Below, in pieces: positions 9,074 to 16,199 of a stretch of 42,304 bases of DNA. Below the pieces are notes generated by a model. That model worked only from the letters and a program-made list of their open reading frames with translations, ran no database searches and was not told where the DNA came from. A program made the position numbers and the translations under genes. This DNA comes from Thermoplasmata archaeon (GTDB lineage Archaea > Thermoplasmatota > Thermoplasmata > Lutacidiplasmatales > UBA184), in contig JAGWLG010000031.1 of assembly GCA_028864975.1 (NCBI GenBank), positions 1 to 42,304 of the forward strand. Reading direction: 5' to 3'. Each line of letters starts with the position of its first letter. Position 1 is the first letter of the stretch.

Positions 9074-9297
9074 AGCCGCCACTCCCGCCGGAGCTTTCGT
9101 AGGTCCCGCTCCATGCCATCTCCGTCAATCTTGCCCTTGAGGAGGCCGCGGAGGCTCTTCCTCGCATGGCGGATGACCACGCCATCCTCACCGTCGAGGA
9201 CGAGCACCTTCTCGCCTTCTATGAGGTGATGTTTCTCACGGAGGTCCTTGGGGAGAGTGATCTGCCCCTTCGAGCTCACGGTCGCGGTTTTCGCCAT
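9070..9297 (-). CDS. vapB: AbrB/MazE/SpoVT-family antitoxin
   Basis: TATVSSKGQITLPKDLREKHHLIEGEKV is the AbrB signature; lies directly upstream of the PIN gene. Confidence 0.92.
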   Translation of the reverse strand: MAKTATVSSKGQITLPKDLREKHHLIEGEKVLVLDGEDGVVIRHARKSLRGLLKGKIDGDGMERDLRKLRREWRL

Positions 9298-9326
9298 CCC
9301 TTCAGATACCGCGCTCGAGTAGAATA

Positions 9327-9345
9327 GCTTTACCAGAGGTAAAGC
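9327..9345. promoter_or_regulatory. Putative vapBC operator (perfect 8-bp inverted repeat)
   Basis: gctttacc-aga-ggtaaagc, 30 bp upstream of the antitoxin start. Confidence 0.65.
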
Positions 9346-9527
9346 GTTGACCCTGAGGCGCAATTGTGTTGGCCGCCAGCTCTCCTTGTTCCCCTAGTTC
9401 ACGCTGCCTCCACCAAGGACAGAAGCGAGCGCAACGCAGTCGGCGCTCGTGAGGTATTCACCGCACCGACCAGATCAGGTTCGACCACCCAACGTGCAGC
9501 ACCGCCTTCACCCATCTCGGGGCCCTT

Positions 9528-9608
9528 CTCTGGTGGGATTCCGAGGGGCAGACAGGTTCCCGGTCGCTTCACCGTCGGGGCGGTTTCAACATCCCGGTGA
9601 GCTTCAAG
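9528..9608. repeat. Copy 2 of the 81-bp direct repeat
   Basis: Same orientation as 6266-6346; 67/81 identity by hand alignment. Confidence 0.85.
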
Positions 9609-9688
9609 TGGAATCGAGTACTCCGCCATGGCTCGACACTGAACCCTTCCTTGACCTACCTCGGGCTCCGGGTGCAGTACCCGTCGGT

Positions 9689-10387
9689 CTAGCCCGCGCA
9701 GAGGCTGCGGGGGTCGCTGTCGAGACGGACCCCGTCCTCCTCTAGTCGACTTTCGACTACCTTCAGACGATCCAAGAGCTCTGAGAGGCTCACCTGGTCC
9801 AGCTTGTTGCGCTTGAGTGCATCGCCCGAACTCCGGTAGTAGGTCCGAGCCATCAGCCCCTCAGCAAGTGCAACCTCAACTGCTGCAGACCCCACGTACT
9901 GGGCGACGACACCGGCGGATCCTCCTCGCGCCTCCTCCCTCCTTGCTTTCTGGGCGTACGCCAGTGCGGCGAGTAGGGCCTCGCGGGCGCACACTAGGAA
10001 TCGGCTCGCCTTCGCCCCTTCGATCATCGATCGGTGGGCCTCCCGCAGCCTGTCGTGCCAGTGGTGAGGGTCATGGAGCGCCCGCGTAGTCAGATACTGG
10101 TCGGCATCCAAGGGCCACTTTCTCGTCAGCGTCTTGGCGGCCTCCATGTAGTCATCAGCGGTCGTTACTCCAAAGTCGACAATGACCCCCTCAACCCGCC
10201 GAACCACGGAAGGAAGGTTGTCGACCGGCCTCTCGGTTACCACCACCAGATCGATGTCCGAGAACTCGTCATCGTCTCCATGGGCCAAGGAACCGTGAAC
10301 ACCAATGGCATGAACGTCCTCCCGACGTGCCCGGAGAACCTCCTCCGAGATCGCCCTGGCGATCCTCCACCGGCCCGCGCTATCCAT
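9689..10387 (-). CDS. Kanamycin nucleotidyltransferase (ANT(4')-I/KNTase)-like Pol-beta nucleotidyltransferase
   Basis: EDVHAIGVHGSLAHGDDDEFSDIDL (GS...DxD) plus the downstream KWPL...YLTTRALHDP segment, which parallels the KNTase WPL...LPIYD region; helical C-terminal domain. Confidence 0.75.
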   Translation of the reverse strand: MDSAGRWRIARAISEEVLRARREDVHAIGVHGSLAHGDDDEFSDIDLVVVTERPVDNLPSVVRRVEGVIVDFGVTTADDYMEAAKTLTRKWPLDADQYLTTRALHDPHHWHDRLREAHRSMIEGAKASRFLVCAREALLAALAYAQKARREEARGGSAGVVAQYVGSAAVEVALAEGLMARTYYRSSGDALKRNKLDQVSLSELLDRLKVVESRLEEDGVRLDSDPRSLCAG

Positions 10388-10871
10388 ACCTCAGTCCACC
10401 GTTTCCCCGCCCTGCCACTTGTCCCGCATTCAGTCCAACGTTCGAATTGAGGTAGTAGTCTCCGCGCCGCCTCGGCGTGTTACCCAAACGTCGCGAAGCC
10501 GGGTGTAGGCCCGGAGGGAAGGGAGCTCGCCCCCCCTCTAAGAAACCTGCGATTCTCACGAAGAGAGGGTCGCGCCGACGGCTGAGTGATGGCCAGGTAC
10601 GAGCCCGTTCCATGACGTGGCGCTACCCTCTTCTCTCCACGAGCCTCCTCGAGGGGTTCCAGCCCAAGCTCGTGAAGCACTGCGAGGAGATCTTGGCGAC
10701 CCCCGCGGATTTGCTGCCGGAGGTTAGGTGTAGTGCAACAGGCAAGTCGTCCCAGGTTTGTAACTCAAGCTGAACGCATGGGCAGAACACCATCCTGCCC
10801 CTCATCCTCCTGTCTTGAGCATTCGCGGAGTTCGTTGACACTGTCGGAGTTCCAGAGGCCCTGAAAGCCTT

Positions 10872-10896
10872 ACGTATATAGTCTGACTGTATACGT
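10872..10896. promoter_or_regulatory. Near-perfect 25-bp palindrome over the TATA region of the DUF4258/YgiT pair
   Basis: ACGTATA-T-AGTC-T-GACT-G-TATACGT, 25 bp upstream of GTG 10922. Confidence 0.65.
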
Positions 10897-10921
10897 TGAT
10901 GAACGAGGGGAGGGGGGCGTC

Positions 10922-11236
10922 GTGCCTTCGCCGAGGAACCGCGTATTTGAAGACCTCCAGAAGCTGAGATCCGAGAAGAAGAGACTGATCGAATCGCGAC
11001 TCTACCGTGTGTCCCGTCATGCAGGCGAAAAACATCCTGAACTCACCGACGAAGAACGAGTTGCCGTTGTTCTGCTTGGAACTGGAGATCGACTCGATCG
11101 GAATCGAGAGCCCACTGACGGGGTTTACGTCTGTTGGGCCAGCTTGCCAGTCCACGGGCTGTGTCGCGGCGTCTACTGTGTTGTTCAATCGGACCGGTCC
11201 TATCTCAAGATCATCACGGCCTTCCCAGAAGACTAA
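10922..11236 (+). CDS. DUF4258-like (BrnT/MqsR-fold) putative toxin
   Basis: YRVSRHA near the N-terminus and C-terminal KIITAF; toxin-first order upstream of a YgiT-type Zn-finger gene. Confidence 0.65.
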   Translation: MPSPRNRVFEDLQKLRSEKKRLIESRLYRVSRHAGEKHPELTDEERVAVVLLGTGDRLDRNREPTDGVYVCWASLPVHGLCRGVYCVVQSDRSYLKIITAFPED

Positions 11237-11238
11237 CC

Positions 11239-11733
11239 ATGAAAGAACGCAAGGAATCTGAAGGGATCGAGATCCCGAAGATCAGCAGCCGTCAGCTCCG
11301 ACAGGTGAGGGAGGCGATCGCGGCCTCCCCGCCTACACCCCTCCTCAAGGAAGGGTCGGTCAGCAAGTGCGAAGTCTGCGGTGGCCGGATGGTAACGACC
11401 AATAGCGTCGAGCGCGAGGTGGCAACGCCGGGCCGTCTCGTCGTGATCACCCACCTACCCGGGGCAGAGTGCAGCTCGTGCGGTTCGGTTGAGCTCGACG
11501 CGGCCGCGTTGGGGTTGATCGAGAGGCACTCAGCTCGGGCGCTAGTCGCCGACTACGAAACCTCAGTTACGAAGGCTAGCGGGGGAACTCTCGGGACCTA
11601 CTTCAAGCAGGATCTCGCACGGGTCATGCGGCTCAACAAGAGCGACTCGCTCCGTTGGACTGTGCTCGACAGGGATCGGGCACTGGTCGAGGTCGATCGG
11701 GGGCACCGGAGACACTCCGCGCCAAGGGCGTAG
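11239..11733 (+). CDS. YgiT/MqsA-type zinc-finger protein with AbrB-like C-terminal domain (putative antitoxin)
   Basis: CEVCGG...VVITHLPGAECSSCG; C-terminal ETSVTKASGGTLGTYFKQDLARVMRLNKSDSLRW resembles a swapped-hairpin DNA-binding domain; starts 2 bp after the toxin stop. Confidence 0.7.
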   Translation: MKERKESEGIEIPKISSRQLRQVREAIAASPPTPLLKEGSVSKCEVCGGRMVTTNSVEREVATPGRLVVITHLPGAECSSCGSVELDAAALGLIERHSARALVADYETSVTKASGGTLGTYFKQDLARVMRLNKSDSLRWTVLDRDRALVEVDRGHRRHSAPRA

Positions 11734-11785
11734 CCTGCACCATCGGTGCATCGCGACTTGCACGAACCGCCCGGCCGTGGGCCGC

Positions 11786-12088
11786 TCATCGCCGCAGTCG
11801 GTCGGTCTGGCGTAGACGCGCGTAGAATCCTTCCCGGGGTCCGAAGCCGTAGATCTTGAGAGCGGCTCCGTCCACGGAATAATACAGGCGAACACGTCGA
11901 AACGTCGTGAGTCTCAAGCGCCAGAGCCCTGGGTGGTCGGTCAGCTCCTTCACCCAGTAGCCCGGACCGGGGCGAAAGGGCTGGAACAGCAGGCCACGAA
12001 TCGCGTAGAGGAACTCCTCTCGGATCTCCGGAGGAAGCTTGGCAAACTCGGCCTTGGCCTTCTCGTGGGGGATGTAGTGGGACGGCAC
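11786..12088 (-). CDS. RelE/ParE-family toxin
   Basis: AKAEFAKLPPEIRE...GLWRLRL...RLYYSVD...IYGFGPREGFY; GGTGA Shine-Dalgarno before the GTG. Confidence 0.8.
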   Translation of the reverse strand: MPSHYIPHEKAKAEFAKLPPEIREEFLYAIRGLLFQPFRPGPGYWVKELTDHPGLWRLRLTTFRRVRLYYSVDGAALKIYGFGPREGFYARLRQTDRLRR

Positions 12089-12091
12089 CCC

Positions 12092-12322
12092 TCACCTTCC
12101 GCGACGCCGCAGGTCGACGTGAACCTGATCGAGCGCTCCCGGAGCGAGCCATCGCCCCTTCTTTCTTCGTGCCTCCAACTCGGCCAACCACTCGGGCGGG
12201 TCATACTCCTCCAAGAGCTCCGACAGGAAAACATCCCAGGTCTTCCCCCCGGTCTTCCTCGCCTGAAGTTCGCGAAGGATCTCCTCGTGAACGGGGATAC
12301 TCGTCATTCGACCTGTGCTCAT
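12092..12322 (-). CDS. Archaeal RHH-like antitoxin
   Basis: MTSIPVHEEILRELQARKTGGKTWDVFLSELLE; stop is 3 bp before the RelE start. Start is either 12322 or 12307. Confidence 0.75.
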   Translation of the reverse strand: MSTGRMTSIPVHEEILRELQARKTGGKTWDVFLSELLEEYDPPEWLAELEARRKKGRWLAPGALDQVHVDLRRRGR

Positions 12323-12891
12323 GATAGCACCAATGAAATTGATGGGATTTACCATTATCGCATTCAGGAGCGATCTTGCGTTGGTGCCTCGATGTTCGGC
12401 GCCTGTGGTCTGGATGTCTGCCCGATCGGGGGGGGAGGAACGGCTCACCACTTCCCAGGTCATTCAGAGAACCGGCCCGAAGAAGTGGACGAACTGCGAG
12501 CTCAAGTTGCCGCGTGCCCACCCTTCAGATCGGTCCGACACGACTAGCAGGTGTGGAGAGCGACCCATCTACCGTCGTTCGGATGGGTTGCAAACGATAA
12601 GTGCCGGGGGAGGATCACGGGGGAGGTCTCAAGCTCCACCGGGGCGGTGCAAGGCAGCACCACTTCCCAGCATCGCCCCGGACCCCTTGCCCCTTGGGTA
12701 CCCCGGCCCCTCGAGGGACCGGGGACCCAGTTCTTGCTCGTTGTCTCGACGATGCCACGGTGTAAGGTGCCATCGTGCATTCCGCTTCGAGTCCGGCTGC
12801 AAGAGGAGTTTCACCCACCCAGCGGTCATCGCTCAGTTGTGTGTCGTTGGGGGTGAACCTTTAAGGGGAGGGGGTTCATACGTATATCCCT

Positions 12892-13191
12892 ATGGCGCTC
12901 GCCCACCCGGTCCCGAGACCCGAATTCGCCCGCCCGGGGGCCAATCCAACTCTCGAGACGATCGAGTACATCCGGGCTGCGCTGCAGAGGGCGGACGGGC
13001 CGATAAGCAGGAATCGGCTTCTCGACGTCCTCTCCGAGTGGGGCCACTCAACCTCTCGACAGAGCTTGAATGCGGTCCTAGGGTTCCTGGGTGAGGATGG
13101 TAGCGTCGCGGAGGGGAGCAAGGGACTCATCTGGGTTCCGCCAGCCTCCGAACCCCTTTTGGAGATCATTCGCTCGGGAAAGAGGCTCTGA
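12892..13191 (+). CDS. Winged-helix protein, putative antitoxin
   Basis: NPTLETIEYIR...GPISRNRLL...SLNAVLGFL...GLIWV wHTH pattern; TGATG overlap with the next gene; tgaacc-N13-ggttca inverted repeat around the TATA box (12854-12878). Confidence 0.7.
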   Translation: MALAHPVPRPEFARPGANPTLETIEYIRAALQRADGPISRNRLLDVLSEWGHSTSRQSLNAVLGFLGEDGSVAEGSKGLIWVPPASEPLLEIIRSGKRL

Positions 13192-13541
13192 TGGGCCTCC
13201 GGGCCAAGGATGTCGTCCTCTCGGCGTCTGCGCAAGCAACCCTCTCGAGGCTCGAGAGCTCGGCCACGTACCCTCGGGAAAAATCGATCGCAAAGCGCGT
13301 CCGTCAACTTGGACCGACTCTGCGGGAGGATTGCCTCCACGGGGAGGTAGTCCGAAAGCGATTCCTGCCCCGGTCCCTCGTCGAAAAGTATCGCATTGGG
13401 AACCTCTACGTGGAGGACCTACCGGACTTCTGGCGGCTTCTGTACGCCATCACCCACGCGGGTTCCGAGCGATTTGTGATCGTCCTGGAGATACTCGATC
13501 ACAAGGCGTACGACAGCCTGTTTCCCGGTCGCGGACGGTAG
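13191..13541 (+). CDS. Archaeal RelE-like toxin
   Basis: LHGEVVRKRFLPRSLVEKYRIGNLYVEDLPDFWRLLYAI...VIVLEILDHKAYDSLF fits the RelE fold (WRLLY, C-terminal H/Y). Confidence 0.7.
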   Translation: MGLRAKDVVLSASAQATLSRLESSATYPREKSIAKRVRQLGPTLREDCLHGEVVRKRFLPRSLVEKYRIGNLYVEDLPDFWRLLYAITHAGSERFVIVLEILDHKAYDSLFPGRGR

Positions 13542-13704
13542 ATGGTGGGCGAGAAGGCCCCGTACCCGAGTGAGTCCGCGGCCCGCGAGCCGCTTTCAAG
13601 CGGAAGCAGGGAGGCTCAGGGCTGTGCGCGTGCAGGTACGTCCCCCGCGCTGACGCCCACTTGTGGGCGCACCGATACGTCGGTGGACCGACTGGACCAG
13701 ATCC

Positions 13705-13878
13705 TCACCACGGGATCAAGGTCAAGATCCAGAAGGCCAGCTGGATGAGTTCGACCACGAGATCCCCCATCGCAGGCGTGTCGCCCCATGACGGCGAGCT
13801 GGACATGTGGCGGTACTTGAGGGCCGTCGGCTTGGGGACCCCGTCCCAGTACCACGGAAGGGAGTGTCCGGTGGTCAT
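13705..13878 (-). CDS. Possible 57-aa small protein with hydrophobic C-terminal helix (not in the ORF track)
   Basis: MTTGHSLPWYWDG...DLVVELIQLAFWILTLIPW*; divergent from the HTH gene at 14017. Could be chance. Confidence 0.3.
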   Translation of the reverse strand: MTTGHSLPWYWDGVPKPTALKYRHMSSSPSWGDTPAMGDLVVELIQLAFWILTLIPW

Positions 13879-14016
13879 GGGCGCCTCTCGCTCGTGCCGA
13901 GCCTGCTAGCTCCGATGGGTTCGTCGCACATGATGTGCGTACAGCCCAATCCTGAATAGCCATTAACTAATAACCTAAAACTTAATCAGCATCTCCATGC
14001 GTGCTCTGACCTACCC

Positions 14017-14328
14017 ATGACAGGCGGCTCTCCCAAACGCGGCGCTCTCGGACATCGGATCCGGGCGGTCGACCCCAACACCCTCTGGAAGATCGTCATG
14101 CTCCGGGGGCTTGGCTTCACGGAGGACGAGATCTCGTCGCGGCTCATCTCGTCGAGCATCCAGGTGTCGCAGCCCGCGGTATCGTACCACCTCCGGCGAC
14201 TGAAGCGGTTGAGCGCCGGTGGGAACGAGGAGGTGGTTTTCGCTAGGGTGATGGCCTACAGCTCAACGGCGATACCCAGCGTAATGGCCCAGATCGTGCA
14301 ACGCGCCAAGACACGCGGGGCGTGGTGA
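14017..14328 (+). CDS. HTH DNA-binding protein
   Basis: LRGLGFTEDEISSRL...VSQPAVSYHLRRLK; AT-rich promoter region at 13950-13990. Confidence 0.75.
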   Translation: MTGGSPKRGALGHRIRAVDPNTLWKIVMLRGLGFTEDEISSRLISSSIQVSQPAVSYHLRRLKRLSAGGNEEVVFARVMAYSSTAIPSVMAQIVQRAKTRGAW

Positions 14329-14332
14329 TCGG

Positions 14333-14563
14333 ATGCCTTTCGTTTGTAGGAACTGTGGGCAGGTCTGGGAGCACCCGGGGAACAAGCCGTGCGGATGCTG
14401 GTGGGGCATTCGGATCTGGGTCGACACGAAGGACGAATTCGTATGTGCTCGATGCGGGACCGCATGGCCCGTGGCGAAGAGACCCTGCCGGTGCTGGCCC
14501 AACGGTGTGAGGGTCAGAAAGAGCGAGGTTGCTGACCAGAAGTTCCCGCTACCCGGCCTGTAG
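14333..14563 (+). CDS. Small Cys-rich protein with two tandem CxxC...PCxCW repeats
   Basis: FVCRNCGQVWEHPGNKPCGCW and FVCARCGTAWPVAKRPCRCW; starts 4 bp after the HTH stop. Confidence 0.7.
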   Translation: MPFVCRNCGQVWEHPGNKPCGCWWGIRIWVDTKDEFVCARCGTAWPVAKRPCRCWPNGVRVRKSEVADQKFPLPGL

Positions 14564-14689
14564 GCGTTCAGCCGTGGCCTGCTTCGGCGTTGGCGTGGGG
14601 CAGGCCGAATCCAGTCCGATGGGGGCAAGAGCAGTTGCACCCAATCCGCGGACCTCCCAGTTCGGGTTCGGTCGGATCCCGCGTCCGCC

Positions 14690-16063
14690 CTATCCGTACT
14701 TCTCCGTGAGGCGCGTCCAGCGCTCTTCGCAGAGGGCCCTGCCCCCCTTCGTGCCCTCCGGGCCTACGTCCTCGACCCCCGGGAGAGGGTGGGTCTCCAC
14801 CCATCGGTGGAACTCCTTCTCCCAGTCTAGACAAGGAGAGGCGGGAGCGGCCGGGGGAAAGGGAGGATGGGGATGAGCCGCCCGCCACCGGGCTAGACTC
14901 TCACGCCATCGATGGTCCTCGAGACTGAACTCCACCGCGGCGACCATCGCTCGGCTAGCGCTCGCGGCCAGCGCCCGGTCCGAGATCGTGCCCTCGAGCG
15001 TCGGCGCGGCGTTCGCGCGCGCCCAGGTCCGAATCGCTTGCATCGCCTTGGCTCTTCCTCGTAGATGGTCGAGAGCAAGGAAAGGAGGACGGCTCTGTTC
15101 GACCCACTCCTCCTCGGCCGCGGCGTACGCGAGCCACGTTTCGTCGGAAGCGATCTCGCGGCGAGGGCGAGGGTGCGCTCGCCTCCAATCCTCGTTCGCC
15201 GCCTGCCACGTCTGTTCGGCCTCCAAGTAGGTGCGGACCTCGCGGAGACGCGCCTGGCTCTCCTCCCACCAGGCCAGAGCGGCCGTTCGGGCACGGGGGA
15301 CGCACCTCTCGGCCCGGAGACGGTAGGCCTCGAGCGCGAGATTGAGGTCGTTGCCGAGCTTCCTTCCTCCGGTCACCGAGCTCAGCGAGGTGTGCCCCTG
15401 GTGCTCGGCCATCGCCTCCACCCCGAGTCCCGCCGAGGGGACCGCCTCACTCGAGATGGTGACGAGCGACTTGGGTCCCACGCGTACCGGTCCAAGAGGG
15501 GTCGTCTCCTTGACCAGGAAGACGAGCCGGCCTCCCAGGACCATCACCCCGGGCACGACGAACGCATCCCCCGCCCGGTAGGGGCGCCGCAGCATCGCCT
15601 TCACGACGAAGGCCTCAACGGAAGCTCCAAGTTCCAGCTTCGGGTTGTCGTCGAAGACGGTAGCGATGGTAACGCGCTCGGCCGCGGGGAGCTCCACCTT
15701 CCGAAGCTCGACGGCTTCCGCCAACGTCGCTTCCGCGTTCCTCAAGATCGCGGGCTCGACCTCCAAGGTCCCCCCGACGGGAGGCGGGGAGTCCCGCCAG
15801 TCATCCACCACCGCGACCGTGCTCCGGTGCCCTCGCACTTCCACGCAGTCCGAGAGATCCACGCCCAAGGCCCTGCGCAGGTCCGGCCCAAGCCTGACCA
15901 CCTGGAAACCTGCGTGGTCTTCTGGGGCAGGCACGAGGCGGCCGCGCACCCGAGGGCTCGTGCCGATCGTCGGTGCGAAGCGAAGATCGGGCGTGTCCGC
16001 CTTTCGGTTCCACAGGGGCACGCGTTCGCCTCGCGACGGACTCTGAGAGGGCCCAGGGTCCAT
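14690..16063 (-). CDS. CDC48/VAT N-domain protein lacking the AAA+ ATPase, with Trp-rich helical C-terminus
   Basis: VVRLGPDLRRALGVDLSDCVEVRG...ILRNAEATLAEAVELRKVELPAAERVTIA...LRRPYRAGDAFVV...LVFLVKETTPLGPVRVGPKSLVTISSE matches CDC48_N + CDC48_2. No Walker motifs follow. Start chosen at ATG 16063. Confidence 0.75.
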   Translation of the reverse strand: MDPGPSQSPSRGERVPLWNRKADTPDLRFAPTIGTSPRVRGRLVPAPEDHAGFQVVRLGPDLRRALGVDLSDCVEVRGHRSTVAVVDDWRDSPPPVGGTLEVEPAILRNAEATLAEAVELRKVELPAAERVTIATVFDDNPKLELGASVEAFVVKAMLRRPYRAGDAFVVPGVMVLGGRLVFLVKETTPLGPVRVGPKSLVTISSEAVPSAGLGVEAMAEHQGHTSLSSVTGGRKLGNDLNLALEAYRLRAERCVPRARTAALAWWEESQARLREVRTYLEAEQTWQAANEDWRRAHPRPRREIASDETWLAYAAAEEEWVEQSRPPFLALDHLRGRAKAMQAIRTWARANAAPTLEGTISDRALAASASRAMVAAVEFSLEDHRWRESLARWRAAHPHPPFPPAAPASPCLDWEKEFHRWVETHPLPGVEDVGPEGTKGGRALCEERWTRLTEKYG

Positions 16064-16199
16064 AATCGTACCGTCGGGCGTGGGGATGGACGCAAAGTCC
16101 GGACCCGCCCTCGCCACCGGGTCCTCTAACTGGAAAATAACGGCGTCACGCACTTGTGAGGACCGGGGAATAAGGAGGGTCCTTGATGCATTTTGTCAG

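Noticed and set aside
9528-9629. Resemblance of the repeat's minus-strand peptide (EAHRDVETA) to the TnpB C-terminal xDRDxNAA motif
   Set aside because: The preceding CxxCG zinc finger and the NAA residues are absent in both copies, and no tnpA/tnpB remnant is visible.
2445-10573. 15-bp exact repeat cgaagagagggtcgc at 2445-2459 and 10559-10573
   Set aside because: About one such match is expected by chance in 42 kb, and the flanks do not align.
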